Source: Actinomycetes bacterium
GTDB taxonomy: Bacteria; Actinomycetota; Acidimicrobiia; Acidimicrobiales; RAAP-2
Direction: 5' to 3'
Assembly (NCBI GenBank): GCA_021791845.1
Contig: JAJYVT010000009.1
Location: forward strand, 2,176-66,175
DNA: 64,000 nt
This document shows, piece after piece, positions 24,657-34,162 of the stretch. A program made the position numbers and the translations under genes. How positions within the stretch are numbered: position 1 is the stretch's first letter; every line of letters begins with the position of its first letter. A model generated the notes under the pieces. That model worked only from the letters and a program-made list of their open reading frames with translations. It did no database searches and was not told the origin of the DNA.

Positions 24657-26642
24657 TCAGGCGGACCCAGGCGCTCCCGAGCCCTCTGGGCAAGACCCCC
24701 GAGGCGGCCCGACAGGCCCGGCGGCGGCGGCGGACGTCTCCGGCACGTTCGCACCCTCGAGGCAGCGATCCATGTCCAACGAGAAGGTCACCCGGGTCAC
24801 CACCACCTTGTCGTTCCCGGCCAAGGCGGCGGCAACCACCCGGTCGACGTGGTTGTGCAGGATGGCGTAGCGCCGCCGGCTCGGGTGCACGACGGGGAGC
24901 AGCACCATGATCGTCTGCTGGCGCTCCTCGGCCAGGTGGTCGATGAACTGCACGATGGGACGCGCCACCGACGCGTACTGGGTGTGCAAGATGTGGATCG
25001 GGACACCAGGACCCCAGCGCGTCCACTCGTCACGCAAGGCGGCGGCACGGTCGGACGCGCCAACACCTTCGTCGGGGACCACGGTGAGCGCCATCACGTC
25101 ATGGCTCACGGACAAGGCCTGGCTCAACGCCAATTCCGCCAGGCGGTTCACCCCGGTGATCGCCACGACAACGGTGATCGGCCCCGGGCGCGGCTTGGAC
25201 GGGATCGCGCCCAGCCCCAGCGCGCGTCCGGCCGCCCGGTAGTAGCGCTGGATGCGCACGAAGACCACGATGAAGGCCGGCACCGCCACGAGCACGACCC
25301 AGCCACCGGCGGCGAACTTGGTCACCACGAAAATGACCGTCGCCGCGCCGGTCACCAGCGCTCCCAACCCGTTGAACGCCGCCCGGAGGCCCCAGTGCGC
25401 GGGGCGCGTCCGGCGCCAATGGACCACGAGGCCCGACTGCGCCAGCGTGAACCCGGTGAAGACGCCGATGGCGAACATGGGGATCAACCGCTGTGTGCTG
25501 CCGTCCACGGCAACGAGGAGGACGCCGGCCAGCACCGCCAGCGTGACGATCCCGTACGTGAAGACCTGGCGGTCGCCACGCAGCCCGAAGAGGTGCGGGA
25601 GATAGCCATCACGCCCGAGGAGGCTGGCGAGCACCGGGAGCCCACCGAACGAAGTGTTCGCGGCCAGCGCCAGGACGATGGTGATCGTGACCGAAACGAG
25701 GAAGTACGCCCAGTGCCGTCCTACGGCATCAGCCATGATCTGGCTCAGCACCGTCTGGCCGGACCGCGGCGCGACGTGCCATCGGGTGGCGAGGGTCGCC
25801 AACCCCAAGAGCATCGCGGCCAGGATCACGCCGAGAAGGAGCTCGGTCCGCTTGGCCCGCGCCACTCGCGGCGACTTGAACAGCGGCACGCCGTTTGCAA
25901 TGGCCTCCACGCCGGTGAGGGCGCTGCACCCGGCCGAGAAGGCCTTGAGCACGAGCAGGACGCCGACCACCTCCAAGCCGTGCGCCGGCACCAGCGAGTG
26001 CCCCGGACCCGGCTCGTGGAGCCCGAGCGGGTGCACGAGCCCGACCAGGATGATCGCCAGGACCCCCACGATGAAGACGAGCGTCGGGAGGAGGAAGGCG
26101 CGCGCCGTCTCGCCGAGCCCGCGCAGGTTCAGCACCATGATGACGGCGAGGATGCCCAAGCACAGCGGGAGCGTCGCCGGTGACAGTGCAGGAAAGGCGG
26201 ACCTGAGTGCGCTCACGCCGGCGGCGATGGAGACCGCGACCGTGAGGGTGTAGTCGACCACCAGCGCCGCTGCCGCCACCAGGCTGGCCCTCGTCCCGAG
26301 GTTGGCTCGGGACACGGCGTAGGCTCCGCCACCGCTCGGATAGGCGGCGATGACCTGGCGATAGGAGAAGACGAGGAGCACCAGCAGGACCACGATGGCC
26401 ACCGTGATGGGGAGCATCAGGTGGAGCGCGCCCGCTCCGGCGGCCGCCAGGACCACGAGGATCGCCTCGGGACCGTAGGCCACGGAGGTGAGCGCGTCCA
26501 GCGACAGCGCCGAGAGCCCCTCGACCGGCGTGATCTGCTCCTTACCGAGGTCGCGGAACCGGAGCGGCGGCCCGACCAGCACGCGCCACGCCCGGGAGAC
26601 CGACCCGCCGTTCGCCTCACCGGCTTCCGTCGTCCGCGTCAC
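24657..26642 (-). CDS. APC superfamily amino-acid/polyamine permease with C-terminal cytoplasmic domain
   Basis: ITPVEGLSALSLDALTSVAYGPEAI and about 12 TM helices. Start is set at GTG 26642 because the longer listed ORF would overlap the small plus-strand gene and is Arg-rich. Confidence 0.8.
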   Translation of the reverse strand: MTRTTEAGEANGGSVSRAWRVLVGPPLRFRDLGKEQITPVEGLSALSLDALTSVAYGPEAILVVLAAAGAGALHLMLPITVAIVVLLVLLVFSYRQVIAAYPSGGGAYAVSRANLGTRASLVAAAALVVDYTLTVAVSIAAGVSALRSAFPALSPATLPLCLGILAVIMVLNLRGLGETARAFLLPTLVFIVGVLAIILVGLVHPLGLHEPGPGHSLVPAHGLEVVGVLLVLKAFSAGCSALTGVEAIANGVPLFKSPRVARAKRTELLLGVILAAMLLGLATLATRWHVAPRSGQTVLSQIMADAVGRHWAYFLVSVTITIVLALAANTSFGGLPVLASLLGRDGYLPHLFGLRGDRQVFTYGIVTLAVLAGVLLVAVDGSTQRLIPMFAIGVFTGFTLAQSGLVVHWRRTRPAHWGLRAAFNGLGALVTGAATVIFVVTKFAAGGWVVLVAVPAFIVVFVRIQRYYRAAGRALGLGAIPSKPRPGPITVVVAITGVNRLAELALSQALSVSHDVMALTVVPDEGVGASDRAAALRDEWTRWGPGVPIHILHTQYASVARPIVQFIDHLAEERQQTIMVLLPVVHPSRRRYAILHNHVDRVVAAALAGNDKVVVTRVTFSLDMDRCLEGANVPETSAAAAGPVGPPRGSCPEGSGAPGSA

Positions 26643-26701
26643 GGGCACCACAGTCGCACAGTGCCGGTGGACGGACGGGTGCGGGCGGGCAGACTGGGGC
26701 A

Positions 26702-26929
26702 GTGGCTCGACGACGCCGACCGCACCGCCCCTTGACCCTCGACGCCTCGCACTGGCGCGCCGACGGCCAGCCCAAGGTCCGCTTCGGATCCCGGGCCGAC
26801 GCCCTCGTCGCCGCATACGAGCGGGCGCAGGACGCCGACGCCGAGCTGGGCGTCTACGAGTGCGCCTTCTGCCACGGATGGCACATGGGCCGTCGCGCCG
26901 GCCGCCGTGGCGGCGTCGACGAACGCTGA
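26702..26929 (+). CDS. Small conserved-looking protein with CxxCHxxH motif (true start probably internal, around 26730)
   Basis: Very high G/C at third positions. Sequence ...PKVRFGSRADALVAAYERAQDADAELGVYECAFCHGWHMGR. Confidence 0.5.
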   Translation: MARRRRPHRPLTLDASHWRADGQPKVRFGSRADALVAAYERAQDADAELGVYECAFCHGWHMGRRAGRRGGVDER

Positions 26930-26968
26930 CACTGCACCGCTGGAGTGCTCAGGTCACGCTTGCGGTGC

Positions 26969-28861
26969 TCAGGTCTGCTCCGGCTCGCGACCCCGAGGGG
27001 CGGCGCGCGTTCCTCCCCCGCTCCCTCCGGCACCTTGCCCCGTCGGTGCGCCGGCGCCCTGGGACACGCCGTTCCCGGTCGCTCCCTCCACCGTTCCGGC
27101 GGTCCGGGGCGCAGGCTCGACGTACACGTACTTGCCGCCCCGCAGCCACGAGGCAGCAGCTGCGATCAGGCAGGCGGCGAGCGCGAAGTCGAACGCCTCG
27201 TGGAGACCGCTTCGGAACGGTGACGTGATCAGGTCGGGGAAGAAGGACCGGCCGGTCAGGGCGGTGACGCTCGCCCGCGAGAGGTGGGCGAGCACGCTCG
27301 GACCGAGCAGGTGCTTGACGGGGCTGTAACCCAAGAAGGCGGCGAAGAGGATGGACACCGGCGGCAGGTGGGCGACCGTTTGGGCCGCGCCCGCCGGCAC
27401 CCCGTGCGCCACGAGGCCGTGGGCGAGCGCCGTCGGCAAGGTGCTCGAAAGCCCGACGATCATGAGCGTGAAGAAGATGCCGATCGAGAGGACCTGGGCG
27501 GAGTTCTGGAACGTCGAGTTCATCCCCGAGCCGACCCCTCGGTGCTGCGGCGGCAGGCTGTTCATGACGCCCGCCCGGTTGGGGGCGGCGAAGCACCCCA
27601 TCGCCAGCCCGTTCATCAGCAGCAGCAGCGCGAACGCCCAATAGGGGAAGTCGATGGGCAGCAGCTCGAGGAGCCCGAACGACGCCGCGGCACCGAGCAT
27701 GCCCCCTGAGGCGAAGGGCCGAGAGCCGAACTTGTCGGACAAGATCCCTGAGACCGGACCGGCGAGGAGGAAGCCGCCGGTGAGCGGCATCATGTAGATG
27801 CCGGCCCACAGGGGCGTGGCGGCGAAGCTATAGCCGTGCAGGGGCAGCCAGATCCCCTGCAGCCAGATGATCATCATGAACATGAGGCCGCCACGTCCCA
27901 TCGACGAGAGCAGCGACGACAGGCTGCCGGCGGTGAAGGCGCGAATGCGGAACAGCTGCAGCCGGAACATCGGGTCGGGCACCTTCGTCTCGATGAAGGC
28001 GAACGCTGCCAACAGGGCGATCGCAGCGCCGAAGCAGCCGTCCACGAGTGGGCTGGACCACCCCATGGTGGCGCCTCCGTAGGGCTGGATGCCGTAGGTG
28101 ATGGCGATCATGAGCGCCACCAGACCGAGGGAGAAGGTGATGTTCCCGGCCCAGTCCAGACGGGCGTTCGCCCGGCGCGGCACCTCACGGAGCTTCGTGT
28201 AGGCCCAGATGGTGCAGAAGAGGCCGACGGGAACGGACACGAGGAAGATCAGCCGCCACTGGATCGGAGCCAGGACGCCGCCCAGCACCAACCCGATGAA
28301 CGTCCCGCTGATGCCGGCGATCTGATTGACCCCGAGCGCCATGCCCCGCTGCCCGGGCGGGAAGGCGTCGGTCAGGATCGCCGACGAGTTGGCGATGAGG
28401 AACGCCGCACCCACGCCCTGGAAGAGGCGCATCACCACGAGCCAGACGGCGGCCGTCGTCCCGTGCATCCACGTGACCGTCAGCACCAGCGAGAAGAACG
28501 TATAGATGGCGAAGCCGAGGTTGTACATCCTCACCCTGCCGTACATGTCGCCGAGACGCCCGAGGCTCACCACGAGCACGCTCGTGACGACCATGAACCC
28601 GAGGATCATCCACAAGAGGAAAAAGCTGTTGCCGGCCTCGAGCGGGTCGATCCCGATCCCCCGGAAGATGTTGGGGAGGGCGATCAGCATGATGGAGGTG
28701 TCGATCGTCGCCATCATCATGCCGAGCGTGGTGTTGGTGAGGACCACCCACTTGTACCGACCCGTGGCATCCCCGCTCCCGATCGCCGGGCCCTCGCCCC
28801 CGCGGCCACGCCGGTCGCTCCCGTCAACGAGTGGGTCGACAGGGCCGGGGGGTGGGCGCAT
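26969..28861 (-). CDS. MFS transporter, DHA2 (EmrB/QacA, 14-TM) family
   Basis: N-terminus WVVLTNTTLGMMMATIDTSIMLIALPNI, motif LGRLGDMYGR, about 14 hydrophobic helices. Confidence 0.9.
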   Translation of the reverse strand: MRPPPGPVDPLVDGSDRRGRGGEGPAIGSGDATGRYKWVVLTNTTLGMMMATIDTSIMLIALPNIFRGIGIDPLEAGNSFFLLWMILGFMVVTSVLVVSLGRLGDMYGRVRMYNLGFAIYTFFSLVLTVTWMHGTTAAVWLVVMRLFQGVGAAFLIANSSAILTDAFPPGQRGMALGVNQIAGISGTFIGLVLGGVLAPIQWRLIFLVSVPVGLFCTIWAYTKLREVPRRANARLDWAGNITFSLGLVALMIAITYGIQPYGGATMGWSSPLVDGCFGAAIALLAAFAFIETKVPDPMFRLQLFRIRAFTAGSLSSLLSSMGRGGLMFMMIIWLQGIWLPLHGYSFAATPLWAGIYMMPLTGGFLLAGPVSGILSDKFGSRPFASGGMLGAAASFGLLELLPIDFPYWAFALLLLMNGLAMGCFAAPNRAGVMNSLPPQHRGVGSGMNSTFQNSAQVLSIGIFFTLMIVGLSSTLPTALAHGLVAHGVPAGAAQTVAHLPPVSILFAAFLGYSPVKHLLGPSVLAHLSRASVTALTGRSFFPDLITSPFRSGLHEAFDFALAACLIAAAASWLRGGKYVYVEPAPRTAGTVEGATGNGVSQGAGAPTGQGAGGSGGGTRAAPRGREPEQT

Positions 28862-28986
28862 GGACGTTCACGTTAACGGGAGGTGCGGACTGCCCGCCTC
28901 CATCTCCAGCAGGACCGGGCGCCAGTGCCCGCGTCCCCCGGGTGCCGCCGGAACCCCCTGGCGGGGACGGCGGTAGCCTGTCGTCG

Positions 28987-29403
28987 ATGGACGAGACCCT
29001 CGGGGGTGGCGCCGGAGACGACTCCTTGGACCTGGACCTCCTGGCGTCGTCGCTGCGAGCCGACGACGGCGACGTCCGGGTCCTGCTCCGAGCGCTCGTG
29101 ACCCGGCTCGCCGGGGCCCTCGGCGAGCGCTTGGAGATCGAACGGACGGGCCGGTTCCGCAAGAGCGACGAGATCCGGCGCGTCTCGATCCGTCTCGGCG
29201 ACGACCAGCTGGACGCCGTCGTTGACCGAGGCAGCCTCGAGTGCACGATCAGCCGCAGCAGCGGCGGTATCCGGATCCGCTCGAGCCGGGTCACCCTCGA
29301 CGAGTGGCTGCGCCGGCTCCTCGGCGCGCTGCGGGACGAGGCGGCCACCACGCAGGCGACCCGCCTGGCCCTCGAGTCGCTCGTGATCGGAGGAACGCAA
29401 TGA
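28987..29403 (+). CDS. Small soluble protein of unknown function (first gene of the YbjQ operon)
   Basis: ATG at 28987. Good G/C at third positions. Acidic N-terminus, no TM. Its stop overlaps the next start (ATGA at 29400), with GGAGGA 5 nt upstream of that start. Confidence 0.65.
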   Translation: MDETLGGGAGDDSLDLDLLASSLRADDGDVRVLLRALVTRLAGALGERLEIERTGRFRKSDEIRRVSIRLGDDQLDAVVDRGSLECTISRSSGGIRIRSSRVTLDEWLRRLLGALRDEAATTQATRLALESLVIGGTQ

Positions 29404-30281
29404 CGGACCGTGAGCCGCAGACCGACGGGCGGGGCGCCCCGGCAGAGGCGCCCGCCGAGGAGGTCGCCGCCGGCCGTCTGCCCGCGGGCCTTCCCCCGGA
29501 CGCCAACCGGCGCCTGGCCGAGCTGGAGGACCGGCCGGGCCACAAGGGGATGTTCACCTCCGACCTGTCGGTGAACGAGTTCCTGCTCATCAAGGAGGTG
29601 GGGTTCCACCCGCTCGGCTTCGTGATGGGCAGCTCGATCTACCACCTCGGCATCCAGACCCGGCGGTGGTCGCAGAGCCAGGAGCTCTCCAAGCTGACGG
29701 AGGCGATGTACGAGGCCCGGCAGCTGGCCATGGACCGGATGGACGCCGAGGCGACCGAGCTCGGGGCCGACGGCGTGGTCGGGGTGCGCCTCGACGTCAA
29801 CTACTACGAGTGGGGGTCGGACACGGCGGAGTTCATCGCCGTCGGCACCGCGGTCAAGTCCGAGGACGGTCGCTCGTACCGCAACCAGCAGGGAAAGCCC
29901 TTCACCTCCGACCTGTCGGGCCAGGACTTCTGGGTGCTGATGCAGACCGGGCACGTTCCCCTCGGGCTGGTCATGGGAACCTGCGTGTACCACATCGCCC
30001 ACCGGGGGGTGGGCCAGACCCTGCGCAACGCCGGACGGAACGTCGAGCTGCCGAACTTCACCCAGGCCCTCTACGAGGCACGGGAGCTGGCCATGACCAG
30101 GATGCAGGACGAGGCCAACGCCCTCGGCGCCACCGGCATCGTCGGGGTGCGCCTCGAGGAGAAGAGCCACATGTGGGGCGACCACACGATCGAGTTCCTC
30201 TCCCTCGGCACGGCCGTGGCCGACACCACGGTCGGCCACACCATTCCCCAGCCGCAGACCATCATCTCCCTCGACGGGTGA
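29400..30281 (+). CDS. Tandem double YbjQ (DUF74/UPF0145) domain protein, paralogue 1
   Basis: Two repeats of the YbjQ pattern: FTSDLSVNEFLLIKEVGFHPLGFVMG...ARQLAMDRMDAEATELGADGVVGVRLDV...EFIAVGTAVK, then FTSDLSGQDFWVLMQTGHVPLGLVMG...ARELAMTRMQDEANALGATGIVGVRLEE...EFLSLGTAVA. Confidence 0.8.
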   Translation: MTDREPQTDGRGAPAEAPAEEVAAGRLPAGLPPDANRRLAELEDRPGHKGMFTSDLSVNEFLLIKEVGFHPLGFVMGSSIYHLGIQTRRWSQSQELSKLTEAMYEARQLAMDRMDAEATELGADGVVGVRLDVNYYEWGSDTAEFIAVGTAVKSEDGRSYRNQQGKPFTSDLSGQDFWVLMQTGHVPLGLVMGTCVYHIAHRGVGQTLRNAGRNVELPNFTQALYEARELAMTRMQDEANALGATGIVGVRLEEKSHMWGDHTIEFLSLGTAVADTTVGHTIPQPQTIISLDG

Positions 30282-31273
30282 TGACCCCGACAGCACCGAC
30301 AGCCGGGGCCGTCACAGGCGGCGCAGGCACAGCCGGCGGGGAAGGCGGCCTTCCCGAGGCCGCCACGCGCCGGTTGTCCGGCGGCGCCTGGTCCTCGGGG
30401 CTCTCGGTCACCGACTTCGCCTCCTGCCTCGACATGGGCATGCGGCCACTGGGCTTCGTCCAGGGCTACGCCGTGATGCAATGGAGCTGGTACATGGCCA
30501 CAGGCGGCTTCGCCGGCATGCGCGGGGGGCTCGGCGGCGGTGGCGCCTTCGGTGCAGGCTGGGGAACGGCGCAGCGCCGTCGCGGCCAGTACGTGGAGCA
30601 GTGGCAGTGCCCCCACGGCTTTGTCGGGGCCGAGCACCGCATGTACGGCATGAACTACGAGCTCACATGGCTCGAGCAGAGTTGGGCCACCGGGTGGGGT
30701 CTTGCCGTCGGCCGGATGGTGGACGAGGCTGCATCGCTGGGCGCCACCGGGATCGTGGGCGTCATCGACGACATGCGCCCCCTCGCCGGGGTCAACACGG
30801 TCGAGTTCCGAGCCAGCGGGACGGCCGTGGCCGTGGACGACGCCCCGGCGCCGGCGGCGCCGTTCACCACGTACCTGTCGGGACAGCGTCTGGCCAAGCT
30901 CTTCGAAGCGGGGTTCGCTCCGGTGTCCGTCGTGGCCACCTTGAGCGCAGTCCAGATGCTGGGCTACTGCATCACCAACTACCAGCTCGCCGGTACGGCG
31001 CAGGTCGGGTGGTACGGGGCCGGGGGCGGTGGAGGTGTCGGCACCATCGACCAGGTCAACCGGGCGCAAGCGGCGGCGCGGCGGCTGGCACGGGAGCGGG
31101 TCCGCGCCCAGCTCGGAGGGGACGTCCTCCACGGCGCCACGCTCGAGAGCTCGGAACGGGAGATCGGCGAAGGGGACCTCTCCGTCCAGTGCCTGCTCAA
31201 GGGCAGTCGCGTGCGCCAGTTCAAGGACTTCGACCCGCTCCCCCACCCGGCTCCGGTGGTGCGGCTCACGTGA
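30281..31273 (+). CDS. Tandem double YbjQ-like domain protein, paralogue 2 (Gly/Trp-rich insertions)
   Basis: ATG overlaps the previous stop by 1 nt (TGATG). LSVTDFASCLDMGMRPLGFVQG...VGRMVDEAASLGATGIVGV...VEFRASGTAVAV, plus a diverged second copy FTTYLSGQRLAKLFEAGFAPVSVV. Confidence 0.7.
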   Translation: MTPTAPTAGAVTGGAGTAGGEGGLPEAATRRLSGGAWSSGLSVTDFASCLDMGMRPLGFVQGYAVMQWSWYMATGGFAGMRGGLGGGGAFGAGWGTAQRRRGQYVEQWQCPHGFVGAEHRMYGMNYELTWLEQSWATGWGLAVGRMVDEAASLGATGIVGVIDDMRPLAGVNTVEFRASGTAVAVDDAPAPAAPFTTYLSGQRLAKLFEAGFAPVSVVATLSAVQMLGYCITNYQLAGTAQVGWYGAGGGGGVGTIDQVNRAQAAARRLARERVRAQLGGDVLHGATLESSEREIGEGDLSVQCLLKGSRVRQFKDFDPLPHPAPVVRLT

Positions 31274-31292
31274 TCGCCGGAGGCGACGCCAC

Positions 31293-32117
31293 ATGAGCGT
31301 TCGTGACGAGGTTCGCCAGGCGATGGGTGCTCTCTCCGGCGGCTCCGCCCCGGGCGGGCGCGGGGCCACGTCGGATCTCAGCATCGACGAGACGCTGCTC
31401 CTGCACTCGGTCGGCTGGGAGCCGGTGGACATGGTGTTCGGCGTCTCCTGGTGGTCGATCCCGTGGGGCGTGTGGCAGTGGACGACGGGCGAGGTGCAGG
31501 CGGCCTCCGCAGCGTTCGCCGGCGCCGTGGACCAAGCCGCCGGGCTGCTCCGCGGCGAGTGCCAGAAGGTTGGCGGGACCGGTGTGCTCGGCGTGGAGGT
31601 GTCGGTGCGCGTGTCGTCGCACCACGTCGCCATCGAGCTTGCCGGGACCGCGGTCAAGCGGACGGGTCGCCCGCACGAGGGGTTCGAGTTCATCTCCGAC
31701 CTCTCGGCCCGCGACTTCGTGCTGCTGACACGAGCGGGCTGGTGGCCGCTCGGGCTGGCGGCGGGGGCGAGCTTTGTCGTCGCCCCCCGACGCACCGTCG
31801 GCCAATGGGCGTCCCAGCAGGGCCAGAACACCGAGCTCCCGAACCTGACGGAGGCGCTCTACCTCGCCCGCGAAGGCGCGATGGAGCGCATGCAGCGGGC
31901 CGGCGCGTCCATGAAGGCGGACGGCATCGTCGCGGTGAAGCTCCGCGAGGGCAGGGCGAGCTCCAACATCCGGGTCATGCAGTTCGTGGCCATCGGGACC
32001 GGCGTGCACCTTCGGGCGGGCGAGCACCAGGTGATCGCGCCCACCATGGTCGTGCCGCTCGACGAACGGGTCCGCCAGTTCGACGTGACGAGCCTGCGGG
32101 GGTCCGGGGGGCGCTGA
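31293..32117 (+). CDS. Tandem double YbjQ-like domain protein, paralogue 3
   Basis: ATG at 31293 follows GGAGGCG. SDLSIDETLLLHSVGWEPVDMVFG...GTGVLGVEVSV...IELAGTAVK, then ISDLSARDFVLLTRAGWWPLGLAAG...AREGAMERMQRAGASMKADGIVAVKL...QFVAIGTGV. Confidence 0.75.
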   Translation: MSVRDEVRQAMGALSGGSAPGGRGATSDLSIDETLLLHSVGWEPVDMVFGVSWWSIPWGVWQWTTGEVQAASAAFAGAVDQAAGLLRGECQKVGGTGVLGVEVSVRVSSHHVAIELAGTAVKRTGRPHEGFEFISDLSARDFVLLTRAGWWPLGLAAGASFVVAPRRTVGQWASQQGQNTELPNLTEALYLAREGAMERMQRAGASMKADGIVAVKLREGRASSNIRVMQFVAIGTGVHLRAGEHQVIAPTMVVPLDERVRQFDVTSLRGSGGR

Positions 32118-32150
32118 GCTCCGTCCGCTGCAGGGCCTGCGTGGGCCGGA

Positions 32151-32519
32151 TCAGCGTCGCCCGGTGGCGTTGATCAGCTGCGTGGCCGCCATGCGGAAGT
32201 AGGCGAGCATCTCGCCCTCGTCGTCGGGGGCCAGCCCGCCGGAGCGCACCGCGGCCTCCATGTGGGCGAGCCAGGCGTCCCGTTCGGCGAGCCCGATGAC
32301 GAAGGGCGCATGGCGCATGCGCAGCCGAGGGTGGCCCCGCTCGTCGCCGTAGGTGCGCGGCCCTCCCCAGTACTGCACGAGGAACAGGCGCAGGTGCTCC
32401 TTCGGTGCCTCCAGGTCGTCCGGGTAGAGCGGGCGAAGGACCGGGTCCTCGGCGACACCGCCGTAGAACCGGTCGACCAGGTCCTCGAAGAAGGCGTCAC
32501 CACCGGCTCGCTCGTACAT
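32151..32519 (-). CDS. glbO: Group II truncated hemoglobin
   Basis: MYERAGGDAFFEDLVDRFYGGVAEDPVLRPLYP...FLVQYWGGP...RLRMRHAPF is the trHbO signature. Start is at ATG 32519. Confidence 0.85.
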   Translation of the reverse strand: MYERAGGDAFFEDLVDRFYGGVAEDPVLRPLYPDDLEAPKEHLRLFLVQYWGGPRTYGDERGHPRLRMRHAPFVIGLAERDAWLAHMEAAVRSGGLAPDDEGEMLAYFRMAATQLINATGRR

Positions 32520-32698
32520 CGTGGAAACCACCCTGATGACGGTAGACGGTCCACGGCCGTCCCGGGACGCCCGTCGGCCGTGCTCCGGGTGGGCCATCGG
32601 GAGCACCAGGCACGGGACGGGTCCCGGCCCTGGTCCGGGGACGCCTACACTCTCTCGTCGGCGACCGGCGCACCGTTGCCCGCCGGCGCGCACACCGC

Positions 32699-32769
<71 letters not shown>

Positions 32770-33011
32770 CTCATCCCAGCGCAGCCTCGTCCCTGGCGAG
32801 GACCCCCCGGGGGCGCGGGCGTGGCGGCGAGGCGGCATCGTGCCGGTGGCGCCTGCGGCATCGTGCCCGATTCGCCCGCGGCGGACCCGGGGGCTTAGCG
32901 TTGGGAACGGCACGCTCCTTGATGCCGGGGCACTGCCAGCCCGTGCCCGGGAGCCGTGGGCGGCGTTCGACCCCGACCCTGGACTTCGACGCGAGGAGAG
33001 GAGGATCCGGA

Positions 33012-33782
33012 ATGTGGAACAGCTTCAAGACGGATGACGACCACCTGGGAATCTCCGCCGGGATCACGACGTACCGTGCGGGGAACGGCGACGAGACCCA
33101 CACCTACGTGGTCCGGCCGACCACCGACGGCCCGGTGCCCGGCATCGTGCTCGTGCACCACATGCCGGGATGGGACGAGTTCACCCAGGAGTTCGCCGAG
33201 CGGCTCGGCCGGCACGGGTACCTCGTCACCTGCCCGGACCTCTACTGCCGCTTCGGCCACGGCACCCCCGACGACGTCGCGGCCAAGGTGCGCAGCGAGG
33301 GCGGGGTCCACGACGACAGCGTGGTCGCGGACTGCGAAGCGGCCGCGCAGTGGTTGCGCCAGGATCCCCAGTGCAGCGGCAAGCTGGGCATCATCGGACC
33401 GTGCTCAGGCGGCCGGCACGCGCTGCTCGTCGCCTCGCGCGTTGGAGGGTTCGACGCGGTGGTCGACCTCTGGGGCGGTGGCGTCATCATGCCGGACGAC
33501 CAGCTGACGCCAGCGCGTCCTGTGGCTCCGATCACCTACACCGCCGACCTCGACGCCCCCCTCTTGGGGATCTTCGGCAACGACGACCAGTCGCCGACGC
33601 CGGCCCAGGTCGACGAACACCAGGCCGAGTTGGAGAAGCACGGCAAGACCTTCGAGTTCCACCGCTACGACGGCGCGGGGCACGGGTTCTTCTACTACCA
33701 CACGCCCATGTACCGCCAGGAGCAGGCGATGGACGCGTGGGACAAGGTGTTCACCTTCTTCGACAGCCACCTGAAGCGCTGA
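33012..33782 (+). CDS. Dienelactone hydrolase family protein
   Basis: ATG at 33012 follows GAGGAGAGGAGG. PGIVLVHHMPGWDEFTQEFAERLGRHGYLVTCPDLY, nucleophile region GPCSGGRHA, C-terminal YDGAGHGF. Confidence 0.8.
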   Translation: MWNSFKTDDDHLGISAGITTYRAGNGDETHTYVVRPTTDGPVPGIVLVHHMPGWDEFTQEFAERLGRHGYLVTCPDLYCRFGHGTPDDVAAKVRSEGGVHDDSVVADCEAAAQWLRQDPQCSGKLGIIGPCSGGRHALLVASRVGGFDAVVDLWGGGVIMPDDQLTPARPVAPITYTADLDAPLLGIFGNDDQSPTPAQVDEHQAELEKHGKTFEFHRYDGAGHGFFYYHTPMYRQEQAMDAWDKVFTFFDSHLKR

Positions 33783-33836
33783 CAATCGCCGGCGGGGTTG
33801 TCGACCCGTCGACCGCGAGCGAGAGAGGAAAACGCC

Positions 33837-34103
33837 ATGTGCACGATGATCGCCGTCACCTCCCCGGTCACCGGGACGGGGAAGGGCGCGGAGGGCTGGT
33901 TCCCGATCACCCAGGCAACGGTCGGATACGACCACGCCACGCACTCGGGCACAGCGCATGCCCTCCTGCTGGACTTCACCAACTACGACCTCGGCCTCGA
34001 CGCGCGCGTTGCCGTCGAGCTCGACCTCGACTCGGGCCGCGCCCTGCTGGCGCAGCTGCAGTCCGCCATCGAGGCGGCGGAGGCGAGCGGCCAGGTGGCG
34101 TAG
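33837..34103 (+). CDS. Small conserved hypothetical protein (begins MCTMIAV; tentatively DUF6295-like)
   Basis: ATG at 33837 follows GAGAGAGGAAAA. Good G/C at third positions. 54 nt downstream of the hydrolase gene. The family assignment is from memory only. Confidence 0.55.
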   Translation: MCTMIAVTSPVTGTGKGAEGWFPITQATVGYDHATHSGTAHALLLDFTNYDLGLDARVAVELDLDSGRALLAQLQSAIEAAEASGQVA

Positions 34104-34162
34104 CCGGCGCGCGGCGCCGGGGCTGGCGCTGGCAGGCCCGAGAAGCTCGCAGGCTCGAGAAG

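Noticed and set aside
23619-26183. 854-aa plus-strand ORF
   Set aside because: It is antisense to the coiled-coil transglycosylase-like gene and the APC permease, both of which show clear features. Its composition is Arg/His/Gly-rich.
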